NCBI GenBank assembly: GCA_963742735.1
Contig: CAVUMN010000001.1
Location: 192,001 to 256,000, forward strand
Origin: an uncultured Actinomycetes bacterium
GTDB taxonomy: Bacteria; Actinomycetota; UBA4738; JBBDTT01
Direction of reading: 5' to 3'
DNA length: 64,000 nt
Both the position numbers and the translations under genes were made by a program. Position 1 is the stretch's first letter. Every line of letters starts with the position of its first letter. Under the pieces are notes generated by a model. The model saw nothing but the letters and a program-made list of their open reading frames with translations. It ran no database searches and was not told where the DNA came from. Below, piece after piece: positions 51,336-60,225 of the stretch.

Positions 51336-52319
51336 CTACCAGCGCCGGGGCGGGGGGAGCATCCCCGGGCGGACCAGGCGCATGAGCCGGTGGCGCAGCC
51401 GCCGGCCCCCTCGCGACGCGGCGGTGACGGCGCGGCCGAACGTCGCCCGGGCGCGGGCGGAGGCCGGCGGGTTCGCGACCGCGCGCTCGTACCCGAACGC
51501 CTCGAGCGTCTCCCCCGCGATCGCCTCGAAGACGGCCACGTCTCCGCGGCTCATCTGGGCTCGCCAGTCGCGCAGCCCCTTGGTGGGTGGCTTGGCCTCG
51601 TGTTCGTGGTGGCGCTGCTCCTTCACGGAGAGGACGTCCCCGGTCCGCTCGTGGTAGCGCAGCATCTCCGGGCGCAGGTCCAGGTCGATGAACGCACAGA
51701 TCCGGCGCAGCTCCTCCTCGCCTCGATCCACCAGCTCCTCGTAGCGCACCTCCAGGTACCGGCCGGGGCCCAGCCCCCGCCCGATCCGCCGGCCGAGCTC
51801 GCTGCGCTTCGCCCACAGCTCCGCCGCCTCGGGCAGGTGACGGGCCCATCCCCGCTGGAGGAACGACAGGGCCACGTCCCGGCCGTCGCGGTACAGGTGC
51901 AGGAACCGGGCGTCGGGCCACAGGCCGGCCAGGAGCTCCATCTCCAGGATGTAGCCGGGCGTCTTGTCGCCCCACCGCGCGGCGCCGTGCTCTCCGGCGT
52001 AGGCCAGGAAGAACGCCTCCATGACGGCGGCGAAGGACGGGTCGTCCAGGGCGCGGAGCCGCTCCCGGACGGCGTCGGCCGGGATCTTCCACTCCCGGAA
52101 CCGGAACTGCGGGAACAGCGACTCGGCGAGGGCCATGGCGTCCAGGCGCCCGTCGCGTTCGAAGCGGCCGCGGATCGTCCACATCCTGGGGATGAAGTGG
52201 GACTCGGGCGGGATGGCCAGGTCGGGGTGGGCGTCCAGCATCAGCCGCAGCATGGTGGTGCCGCTCCGTCCGGACCCGACGACGAACAGGGGTGGCGCCG
52301 AGGCGCCGGCGGAGGTCAC
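51336..52319 (-). CDS. PAPS-dependent sulfotransferase (paralog of 50346-51323)
   Basis: LFVVGSGRSGTTMLR, WGDKTP, HLYRDGRDVALS, VRYEELV. Own GTG start at 52319 in a TAGTG overlap. Confidence 0.9.
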   Translation of the reverse strand: MTSAGASAPPLFVVGSGRSGTTMLRLMLDAHPDLAIPPESHFIPRMWTIRGRFERDGRLDAMALAESLFPQFRFREWKIPADAVRERLRALDDPSFAAVMEAFFLAYAGEHGAARWGDKTPGYILEMELLAGLWPDARFLHLYRDGRDVALSFLQRGWARHLPEAAELWAKRSELGRRIGRGLGPGRYLEVRYEELVDRGEEELRRICAFIDLDLRPEMLRYHERTGDVLSVKEQRHHEHEAKPPTKGLRDWRAQMSRGDVAVFEAIAGETLEAFGYERAVANPPASARARATFGRAVTAASRGGRRLRHRLMRLVRPGMLPPPRRW

Positions 52320-53183
52320 TACGAGGTGGCGGCGCGGGAGAGCGAGCGGTGCAGCGAGTCCAGCGAAGTCCACGGCCCGGTTCACGATCACGTCCTGGTC
52401 GGCGAGGGTCTGGAACCGCAGCAGGCTGGTCCCTTCGGCCAGGTCCACCTCGATGTGGCCCAGCTGCTCGGCCGTGACGTGCGGCTCGATCTCCGCGATC
52501 GCCTGGTGGAGCTCCTCGAGGCCCTCGGTCAGCTCGCCGTAGATGAACTTCACCGCGCCGCCGCGGCGGAGGACCTCCACCGCGTCCTTCTTGAACCGCG
52601 GGCTGATCACCACAGCGGGCCGGTCCCGCTTGGCGGCGGCCTTGCCCCGCAGGCGGCGGACCGTTGGGTGCTGCAGGAGCCTGGTCCCTAGGGCGTACCG
52701 CTTCATCCACAGGCGGACCTTGCTGCGCGCGGGGAGCGGCTGCCGGTTCTTCGGCACCGAGAGCGGCACCGGGGCGATCGATATCCCGACCGCGTCGGGC
52801 TCCTGGGCCGCGGCGGCCATGGCGCTCCGCCCCCCGAAACAGGTCGCCACGATCGCCAGCCTGGGGACGCCGGTGGCCCGCTTGAGGAAGGCGGCCGCGG
52901 CGAGCGCGTCCTTGTCGAACGGCACCTCCATGTCGAAGAACGCGGTGCCGGTGCTGTCGCCGACGCCGTGGTAATCGACCCGGATGCTCGGGAACCCCCG
53001 CTCGGCCAGGGCTCGGGCGGTGCGTACCCACATCCGGTTGCGGTGGGTCCGGGTGTAGTTGCCGCCGGTCAGCAGGACCACCCCGAGGTCGTGGCCGCCC
53101 GCGGCCGGCGCGCACACCACCGCGCACAGGCGGTCCTCCCCGAGAGGGATGAACGCCGGGAACTCCTCCCACGCCCGGGTCAC
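52319..53183 (-). CDS. Alpha/beta-hydrolase-fold protein (exosortase-associated 'hydrolase 1'-like); apparent +1 indel near 52364 joins it to the sulfotransferase
   Basis: GVVLLTGG, ARALAERGFPSIRVDYHGVGDSTG, nucleophile elbow ATCFGG. The shifted frame reads LDSLHRSLSRAATS* with high GC3. Confidence 0.72.
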
Positions 53184-54103
53184 GTCGTGCGCATCCAGTC
53201 GGCGGCGGCGTTCGCGATGCCCTCGACGATCGGGGCCTGGACGTCCTCGCGGGTCATCGGGTCGCCGGTCGAGACGTACGCCACCCCGCCGAACGACGTG
53301 CCGGGCGGCTCGCGAAGGCGCTCCACGCGCACCCGCGCCCCGTTCGCCTGCAGCCGGTCGGCGAGGGCCTGGGTGTCCTTGCCGACCCCCGAGCGCTTCG
53401 AGACCTCGAACAGCAGGGCCTCGCCGCGGAACGCCCCCGCGTCCACCGAGAGGTCCTCGCCCTTCAGCGGGTCGTACAGGCCCCGGTAGATCGGGAACCC
53501 GAGCACGTCGACCATGCCGGTCCGTTCGAGCTCGGCGAGCATGTCCTCGGTCGAGCGCTTCGGGGTGTCGTCGCGGATCGACAGCTGGACCAGGGCCATC
53601 TCCTTGATCATGCGCCGGAAGTAGGACTCCCCGGTGAGGGCGGGATTCATGAGGATCAGGCGCTCGGCCGCGCCGTCGCGGGCGGCGAGCCCGGCGATGA
53701 GGCCGCCGAACTTCCCTCCGATCAGGCCGAGCCGCGTGGTCCCGGCCTCGGTCGCCAGGCGCTCGGCCGCCGCGCGGGTGTCCTCCAGGTGCCACTCGAG
53801 CGTGGCGTCGGACAGCGAGCCCGACGAGTCGCCGTAGCCCCGCCGATGGAACGCCAGGACCGGGTGACCGAGCGAGGCCAGGCGGCGGGCCAGGGCCCGC
53901 TCCGTGCGGCGAAGGTTCAGCACCTCCAGGCCGTAGGAGTGGTTGACCACCCAGCCGAGGTCGGTGCGCACGCCGTCGTCGGCCGGCAGGTACAGCAGCC
54001 CGAAGCATCGCTCCCCCTCCACCTCGAACACGAACGCGCGCTCGGTGACGCCGTCGAGGGTGTGGGAAGCGTGCTCGGCCAGAAGGGTCCGATCGAGCTC
54101 CAC
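53180..54103 (-). CDS. Alpha/beta-hydrolase-fold protein (exosortase-associated 'hydrolase 2'-like)
   Basis: ARRLASLGHPVLAFHRRGYGDSSG, elbow IGGKFGG (no Ser), LILMNP..GESY, DVLGFPI. TAGGAT lies 8 nt before GTG 54103. Confidence 0.75.
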   Translation of the reverse strand: MELDRTLLAEHASHTLDGVTERAFVFEVEGERCFGLLYLPADDGVRTDLGWVVNHSYGLEVLNLRRTERALARRLASLGHPVLAFHRRGYGDSSGSLSDATLEWHLEDTRAAAERLATEAGTTRLGLIGGKFGGLIAGLAARDGAAERLILMNPALTGESYFRRMIKEMALVQLSIRDDTPKRSTEDMLAELERTGMVDVLGFPIYRGLYDPLKGEDLSVDAGAFRGEALLFEVSKRSGVGKDTQALADRLQANGARVRVERLREPPGTSFGGVAYVSTGDPMTREDVQAPIVEGIANAAADWMRTT

Positions 54104-54187
54104 GAGCCCGAATCCTAGTGGACCGAGCACCGGCCGCCCCGCCGGGCCGGGCGCTCGCCTCCGGCACGAATACAATGGCCCCGCTCG

Positions 54188-55267
54188 ATGCCGACCCCTT
54201 CATCCACACCTCGATCCCGGGCGAAGCGCGCCTCCAGTTCGCCCGCCCGCAAGGCGGCCGCCAAGGCCGCGCCTACGCGCGTGCCCGGAAATGGGCAGAA
54301 CGACGGGCTGAACGAGGCCGACGAGCTCCTCGGCCCCGCGACCGCCGCCCAGCTGGCCGAAGAGGAGCGCCTCGGCCGGAAGATCCCCCGGGTCCGGGCC
54401 CTCACCACCGAGGACCTCGGCGACCTGAGGCCCCCGCCGAAGCAGCGCTACCCCGTCCGCATCCTCCAGAAGGTGGCCGAGCTGTGGCGCGCGCGGGAGC
54501 TGCTGTACACGTTCGTGGAACGCGACCTGCGGGTGCGCTACAAGCAGGCGGTGCTCGGGGCGTTCTGGGCGATCGCCCAGCCCCTGATGCTGATGGTGGT
54601 GTTCAGCGTGGTGTTCGGCCGCATCGCGAAGGTCCCCAGCGAGGGTCTCCCCTACATCGTGTTCAGCTACGCGGCGCTGGTCCCGTTCCAGCTGTTCGCG
54701 TCGTCGCTGAACTACGGGACGTCGAGCATCGTCTCGAACTGGGCGACGATCCGGAAGATCTACATGCCCCGCGAGATCTTCCCGCTGGCCGCCGTCCTGT
54801 CGGCCGGCTTCGACTTCCTGGTCTCGAGCGTGATCCTGATCGGGATCCTGTTCTCGTTCGGGATCTTCCCTTCTGGGACATGGATCGCGTATCCCGTGCT
54901 ACTGGCGGTGCTGATGCTGTTTGCGACGTCGATCACCATGCTCGTGTCGATGACGACCGCCTATGTCCGGGACACGCGCTACGGGATCCCGCTGCTCCTG
55001 CAGATCCTCATGTTCGCGAGCCCGGTCGCGTACCCGCTGTCCAGGGTGATCGGACCGGAGGGGGCCATCAACGGCTGGCTCGCCGACGCCTATCCCTACC
55101 TGAATCCGCTCGTGCCGATCATGGACGGCTTCCGTCGCGTCCTCGCGCACGGGCAGTGGCCGGACTGGGGCCCGCTCGCCTCGGCCGCCGGCGTGGGAGT
55201 GGTGCTGCTGGCCGTCGTCTACCGCGGCTACAAGCGGCTGGACCCGAACTTCGCGGACGTGGTGTGA
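54188..55267 (+). CDS. wzm: ABC-2 polysaccharide export permease Wzm
   Basis: RDLRVRYKQAVLGAFWAIAQP, KIYMPREIFP, SPVAYP, LNPL, FADVV*. Long low-complexity N-terminus, so start uncertain. Confidence 0.9.
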   Translation: MPTPSSTPRSRAKRASSSPARKAAAKAAPTRVPGNGQNDGLNEADELLGPATAAQLAEEERLGRKIPRVRALTTEDLGDLRPPPKQRYPVRILQKVAELWRARELLYTFVERDLRVRYKQAVLGAFWAIAQPLMLMVVFSVVFGRIAKVPSEGLPYIVFSYAALVPFQLFASSLNYGTSSIVSNWATIRKIYMPREIFPLAAVLSAGFDFLVSSVILIGILFSFGIFPSGTWIAYPVLLAVLMLFATSITMLVSMTTAYVRDTRYGIPLLLQILMFASPVAYPLSRVIGPEGAINGWLADAYPYLNPLVPIMDGFRRVLAHGQWPDWGPLASAAGVGVVLLAVVYRGYKRLDPNFADVV

Positions 55268-56070
55268 CGGTGGCCTCCAACGGCAAGCCCATGGTCGCCC
55301 TGGAACACGTCTGGAAGCGGTTCCGGCTGGGCGAGCGGCGGATGCGGGCACGCAAGAAGCAACGCACGCTCGGCGGACAGTTGGGCGTGGCCCTGGAGCG
55401 GGCCGGCCTGCGCAAGGGCGACGGGACCGCGTCGCGGGACCTGTGGGCCCTCGCGGACGTGTCGTTCCAGGTCGGCGAGGGCGAGGCCGTCGGGATCATC
55501 GGGCCCAACGGCTCGGGCAAGTCGACGACGCTCAAGCTCATCTCGCGCGTGACGAACCCGTGGTCGGGCCAGGTGCGGACCCGCGGCCGGATCGGCTCGC
55601 TGATCGAGATCAAGAGCGGGATCCACCCCGAGCTCACGGGCCGGGAGAACGTCTTTCTCTACGGGACGATCCTCGGGCTCTCGCGCAGGGATATCCGGGC
55701 GAAGTTCGACGAGATCGTGGACTTCGCCGAGCTGGGCCGGTTCATCGACACCCCGGTCAAGCGCTACTCCAGCGGCATGGAGGTGCGCCTGGGCTTCAGC
55801 GTGGCCGTGCACCTGGAGCCCGACATCCTGCTGATCGACGAGGTCCTCGCCGTCGGCGACGAGTCGTTCCAGCGCCGGTGCCTGAAGCGGATGGACCAGC
55901 TCCGCAAGGACGGCCAGACGCTGGTCTTCGTCTCCCACGTCCTGGAGGACGTCCAGCGCCTGTGCCCGCGCATCGTCTACATCGACCGGGGGATGGTGAA
56001 GCACGACGGCCCCGCCCGTCAGGTCGTCAAGCAGTACCTGGCCGACGTCGACGCCAAGCAGTTCGCCTGA
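55264..56070 (+). CDS. wzt: ABC polysaccharide export ATPase Wzt (no C-terminal carbohydrate-binding domain)
   Basis: GPNGSGKST, HPELTGREN, YSSGM, IDEVLAVGD, VSH. GTGA overlap with wzm. Confidence 0.93.
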   Translation: MTVASNGKPMVALEHVWKRFRLGERRMRARKKQRTLGGQLGVALERAGLRKGDGTASRDLWALADVSFQVGEGEAVGIIGPNGSGKSTTLKLISRVTNPWSGQVRTRGRIGSLIEIKSGIHPELTGRENVFLYGTILGLSRRDIRAKFDEIVDFAELGRFIDTPVKRYSSGMEVRLGFSVAVHLEPDILLIDEVLAVGDESFQRRCLKRMDQLRKDGQTLVFVSHVLEDVQRLCPRIVYIDRGMVKHDGPARQVVKQYLADVDAKQFA

Positions 56071-56071
56071 C

Positions 56072-56521
56072 CTACTCCCCGATCTCTTCCTCGCAGGCCC
56101 CCGGCCCGAGGCGGCCGAGGAGCTCGTCGATGAGGCTCGAATATCTGCTGAGCGCCGCGTTCCCATCGGACTCGGCTCGAAGCTCGGGAGCGGTGGCCCG
56201 GGCGTCCGCGGACATCCGGGTGACCAGGGCGGACGTCTCCTGGTCTCCGGCGTCCGCGTAGAGGCCCGCGTCGATGCCGAGCTCGTTGGCGAACTCGTCC
56301 ATCGCGTCTCCGAGCTCCTTGCCGATATCCGCGGAGGAGACCAGGGGTCGCTGCGCGCGAGCGAAGTCGAGACAGGTCGAGTGACGGGCCTCCTCCGCGA
56401 GGTCGATCGACGGCGACGGTGATGCGGTCGTTGCCGGGGTGGTGGGAGGCGAATCCGAGGCCTCGCCACCACACGCGGCCAGGCCGATCACGAGGGGAAT
56501 CAGCACGCGGACGAGTCGCAT
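56072..56521 (-). CDS. Hypothetical lipoprotein
   Basis: Lipobox LAACG, P/T/S-rich linker, RBS AAAGGAG. Confidence 0.7.
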   Translation of the reverse strand: MRLVRVLIPLVIGLAACGGEASDSPPTTPATTASPSPSIDLAEEARHSTCLDFARAQRPLVSSADIGKELGDAMDEFANELGIDAGLYADAGDQETSALVTRMSADARATAPELRAESDGNAALSRYSSLIDELLGRLGPGACEEEIGE

Positions 56522-56560
56522 GGGCTTCTCCTTTGGTCGCTGCTCGTGGAGCCTACCGTG

Positions 56561-57394
56561 TCAGGCCGGCCGCCCGGGGCGGAGGGCGCGGGCCAGGTGC
56601 CACAGGAGCTTCGGATCTCGCTTGAGCCGGTACGAACGGCGAAACGCGCGACGGGCGAGCTTGCTGTCGCCGGCATCGAGCGCGGTCAGCCCCAGGCGCA
56701 TCTGCTGGAAGGCCTCGGCTCGCGGGTGCTCGTCGAAGTACTCGCGGTAGAGCTCCAGCAGGAGCTTGCGCCCCTCCACCCGGTCGTGGGCGCCGGTCCG
56801 GTGGCGGGGGCCGGCGTGTCGGCGCACGAGGTACCCCACCCGCGGCACCGAGGCCACCGCCGCGCGGGTGGCCAGCCGCAGCCACCACTCGGCGTCCTCC
56901 AGCGCGTTGAAGCGCTCGTCGAACGCCGGAGCGATCGAGCGCCGGACCGCGGTGCGCCCCACGTGCGGGGCCATGTGGTCGAGGATCACGTCGCGCACGT
57001 CTCCCTCGAGCGACGGCTTCGCCCTCGGGTCGGGGGCGTCCAGGTACCGGTTCCAGCACACCGAGACGTCGGCGCGGCCCAGGCCCTCCAGCGCGATCTC
57101 GAGCCGGTCGGGGGTCATCACGTCGTCGTCGTCGCAGAACACGAGGTACTCGCCCCGGGCCTGGTCGATCCCCGTGTTGCGCGCGGCCGCCGGGCCCCCG
57201 TTGACATCGCGGCGCACCAGCCGGACGCGGGGATCGTCGCCGGGCCCCACGAGCTCCTCCGGGCCGGCGTCGTCCACGACCACGACCTCGAGGTCGTCCA
57301 CCGTCTGGGCGAGCGCCGAATCCACGGCCTCCGAGAGGTACTGCGGGCGCCCGTATGTCGGGATGATCACGCTGAATCGCGGGTCCTTCGCCAC
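56561..57394 (-). CDS. Glycosyltransferase family 2
   Basis: FSVIIPTYGR, VVDD, NGGPAAARNTG, FCDDDD, LED. TACTAT lies 6 nt before the GTG. Confidence 0.92.
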   Translation of the reverse strand: MAKDPRFSVIIPTYGRPQYLSEAVDSALAQTVDDLEVVVVDDAGPEELVGPGDDPRVRLVRRDVNGGPAAARNTGIDQARGEYLVFCDDDDVMTPDRLEIALEGLGRADVSVCWNRYLDAPDPRAKPSLEGDVRDVILDHMAPHVGRTAVRRSIAPAFDERFNALEDAEWWLRLATRAAVASVPRVGYLVRRHAGPRHRTGAHDRVEGRKLLLELYREYFDEHPRAEAFQQMRLGLTALDAGDSKLARRAFRRSYRLKRDPKLLWHLARALRPGRPA

Positions 57395-57504
57395 GGCCGG
57401 ATAGTACGGGGGGTTCGGGGGGGTAGCCCGCCCTCAGTTCGATACGGTCCGTTCCGGCCGGCGGGCGGACCCCCCGAGATAGGTGCCTGGTAGATTCGGC
57501 CGCC

Positions 57505-58656
57505 GTGGCCACGCGCATCCTGTACCTGATCGACGGCCTGGCGATGGGCGGTGCGGAACGCGGACTGGTCCTCACCCTCCGCCACCTGGACCGCGCCCGG
57601 TTCGAGCCCGAGGTGGCCTTCCTGTGGCCGCCGGCGCCGCTTCGCGTGGAGATCGAATCCCTGGGGATCCCCGTCTTCGAGATCGGCGCCAAGCGCGGGC
57701 CCCGGGCGCTGCTGGCCGTGCCGAAGGTCGCCCGCCTGCTTCGCGGCCGGCGCTTCGACGCGGTGCACACGGCGGTCGTGTGGGCCTCCATCGTCGGCCG
57801 GCTCGCGGGACGGCGAGCCGGCGTGAAGGTCATCAGCCAGATCGCGAACGTGGACCCGATGGGGTTCATGGAACGCGAGCTCTCCGGCGCCACGGCCCGC
57901 AAGGCCCGGCTGGTGTCGCGGCTGGACGAGTGGACCGGCCGCCGACTGGTCGATCGCTTCGTGGCGATCTCTGAGGCGGTGAGGGCGAACCCGATCCGAG
58001 GAGCCTCCTGGGATCGTTCCCGGATCGACGTCGTCCTGCGCGGCCAGGACCTGGCCACGCTCCGGGCCGAGGGAGCGGCGGAGCCGGACCCGCCCATCCA
58101 GGATCCCGGCGAGCCGTCGATCGTGTGCGTGGCCCGGCTCTCGCCGCAGAAGGGCCACCGCCACGTGATCCAGGCGATGCGAACCGTCCTCGGCGAGTTC
58201 CCCCGGGCCCGCCTGCTCCTGTGCGGGGACGGCACCCTCCGGCCGCAGCTGGAGCGGCTGGCCGGTCCCCTCGGCGACCGGGTGGCGTTCCTGGGCGTGC
58301 GGCTGGACGCCCGGGCGATCATGGCGCGGGCCGACGTGTTCGCGTTCCCCTCGCTGTGGGAGGGGCAGGGCAACGCGTTGCTCGAGGCGATGGCGGTCGG
58401 CGCCCCGATCGTCGCGACGCGCATCCCGGCCGTCGAGGAGACGCTCGCCGATGGGCAGGACGCGGTCCTGGTCGCGCCCGGCGAGGCCGCCGCGTTCGCC
58501 GAGGGCATCCTGCGGGTGCTCCGCGACCCCGCCGCCGCCCGGGCGATGGGGGCGCGCGCCGCGACCGCGGCGGAGCGCTACGACATCGCCGCCACGACGC
58601 GGGAGCTGGAGGCCGTCTACGCTCGGGTCCTGGACCCCGACCCGAAGGCGTCATGA
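57505..58656 (+). CDS. Glycosyltransferase family 4
   Basis: GGAERGL, VARLSPQKGH, FPSLWEGQGNALLEAM. Confidence 0.92.
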   Translation: MATRILYLIDGLAMGGAERGLVLTLRHLDRARFEPEVAFLWPPAPLRVEIESLGIPVFEIGAKRGPRALLAVPKVARLLRGRRFDAVHTAVVWASIVGRLAGRRAGVKVISQIANVDPMGFMERELSGATARKARLVSRLDEWTGRRLVDRFVAISEAVRANPIRGASWDRSRIDVVLRGQDLATLRAEGAAEPDPPIQDPGEPSIVCVARLSPQKGHRHVIQAMRTVLGEFPRARLLLCGDGTLRPQLERLAGPLGDRVAFLGVRLDARAIMARADVFAFPSLWEGQGNALLEAMAVGAPIVATRIPAVEETLADGQDAVLVAPGEAAAFAEGILRVLRDPAAARAMGARAATAAERYDIAATTRELEAVYARVLDPDPKAS

Positions 58657-59318
58657 CCGTCGAGCCCAAGCCCAGCGAGCGCCGCGAGACCTGGGAGGCG
58701 CGCTGGCAGGAGCAGCGCGCCGACGAGTTCGCGTGGCACCTCACCCAGGCGCCGCCCGAGCTCGTCGAGCTCCTGGAGCGGACGACCCTGCCGGCCGGTG
58801 GCGCGCTGGACGTCGGCTGCGGCAACGGCGTCGCTACCGCCTATCTGGCGACCCGATTCCCCGTGACGGTGGGCGTGGACATCGCCCTCGCGGCGGTGGC
58901 GGAGGCCCGCCGCAACGCGCCGGACGCCCGCTTCGGCGTCGCCGACGCGTCGGTCCTGCCCTTCGCCGACGGCTCGATGGCCTTCGTGTTCGATCGGGGC
59001 TGCCTGCAGAACCTCCCCCGTGACCGGTGGCCCGCCTACTGGACCGAGGTCGAACGGGTGCTCGCCCCGGGCGGCGTCCTCCAGCTGTTCTGCTCGAAGG
59101 CGGCCCGCGCGTTCCCTCCGCTGCTCTCGGTCAAGGGGTTGAAGGCCCGTGCCAAGTGGCTGCTCGGGCGTCGCGCCGGCCCCCAGTTCCTGACCGCGGA
59201 CCTGATCCGCGGGCTCACCCCGGACGGACTTCTGACGGAGTCGCTCGAGGAGCGCCCCTACCGGACCACGCGGGGCGGCCTGCGCGAGGCGATCTTCGGG
59301 GTGTTCCGCCGGGCGTGA
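58653..59318 (+). CDS. Class I SAM-dependent methyltransferase
   Basis: ALDVGCGNG, GVDIA, ADASVLPF, FDRGCL, VLAPGG. ATGA overlap with the upstream GT4. Confidence 0.88.
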   Translation: MTVEPKPSERRETWEARWQEQRADEFAWHLTQAPPELVELLERTTLPAGGALDVGCGNGVATAYLATRFPVTVGVDIALAAVAEARRNAPDARFGVADASVLPFADGSMAFVFDRGCLQNLPRDRWPAYWTEVERVLAPGGVLQLFCSKAARAFPPLLSVKGLKARAKWLLGRRAGPQFLTADLIRGLTPDGLLTESLEERPYRTTRGGLREAIFGVFRRA

Positions 59319-59321
59319 GCG

Positions 59322-60185
59322 CTACTCGACGGGGGTCCCGGTCTCGGTCAGCTTCAGCGGGCCCATGAACGACTCGGCGATGTACCAGTCGTCCTCGAAG
59401 GTGTACATCGGCACCAGCGTGGAGGTCGCGCCGCCCACCTTCTGCGCCGTCCGGTCGGCGTGGGCCCACGGCTGGGCGCTGCGGAGCTCGATCTCGACGT
59501 AGTCCACCAGGCGATCGGACGCGTCGTAGACCCACATCCGCTGCACGGCCGGAGCTCCGTTGGTCAGCTCGACGATCGTCGTGAACCATTCGTCCACGGG
59601 GATCGGGTCACGCGTGCGGCCGACGTCCTTCTCCCGGTAGAGCGCCAGCCCGAGCCGCCGGTCGGGGAACAGGCGGACCTCGACGGGATACCCCGGCCGC
59701 CCGGGATCCCCGTCGGTGGGCGAGAGCTGGAGGAGCTCCAGGTAGCCGCGGTCCGAGGGGATCGCTCCCTCGGGGATCTCCGGGACGCGGTGCGCGACGC
59801 TGATGAACGCGTGGCCGCCGGGCAGCGGAACCTCGCGGATCACGCCCATGTGCGAGTGCGACTGCCGGCCGATCCGCAGGCATCCGGGCCCGGTGCGACA
59901 GTCGAACTCGCCGGTCTCCAGGTCGTCTCCCTCGTAGCCGAACTCACACCCCGGCCCCGGGTGCTGATAGCGCCCGCAGATCGGCCGCTCGAAGCTCGAC
60001 GCCAGGAGCATCGGCCCGGGAGCGATCGCGGGGGCCGGCGGAACGGACCCCACGACCTGGGGCGACCGGGTCTGCCGTGGACTCCGGGGTCCTTCGGGCG
60101 TCCTGGGCCCGGCCCCGCCGCACGCGCCGAGGAGCACCGCGAGGGCGGCGAGGATCGGGAGCGCGCGCGTTCGCTGCATCGGCAT
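59322..60185 (-). CDS. Hypothetical lipoprotein, beta-rich (possibly concanavalin/polysaccharide-lyase-like fold)
   Basis: Lipobox LGACG, Pro-rich linker, beta-strand pattern (WFTTIVEL...QRMWV...FEDDWYI). Fold is a guess. Confidence 0.55.
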   Translation of the reverse strand: MPMQRTRALPILAALAVLLGACGGAGPRTPEGPRSPRQTRSPQVVGSVPPAPAIAPGPMLLASSFERPICGRYQHPGPGCEFGYEGDDLETGEFDCRTGPGCLRIGRQSHSHMGVIREVPLPGGHAFISVAHRVPEIPEGAIPSDRGYLELLQLSPTDGDPGRPGYPVEVRLFPDRRLGLALYREKDVGRTRDPIPVDEWFTTIVELTNGAPAVQRMWVYDASDRLVDYVEIELRSAQPWAHADRTAQKVGGATSTLVPMYTFEDDWYIAESFMGPLKLTETGTPVE

Positions 60186-60225
60186 GTCGAGGGGAGGTTC
60201 GTCGAACCGTCGGACGCGGTTCGAG

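Noticed and set aside
51336-53183. Apparent hydrolase-sulfotransferase fusion protein (part of the 957-aa ORF in the track)
   Set aside because: The linker codons are A/T-ending in the fused frame. The +1 frame from ~52363 reads LDSLHRSLSRAATS* with high GC3 and ends in a TAG overlapping the sulfotransferase GTG. This is best explained as two genes plus one indel.
54118-54170. Imperfect inverted repeat between the hydrolase and wzm promoters
   Set aside because: GC-rich with mismatches and no second copy, so it cannot be distinguished from chance.
60202-60224. TCGAAC...GTTCGA resembling a second SOS box
   Set aside because: The spacer is 11 nt rather than 4. It is an 8-bp inverted repeat right after the permease stop, more likely a terminator-like hairpin.
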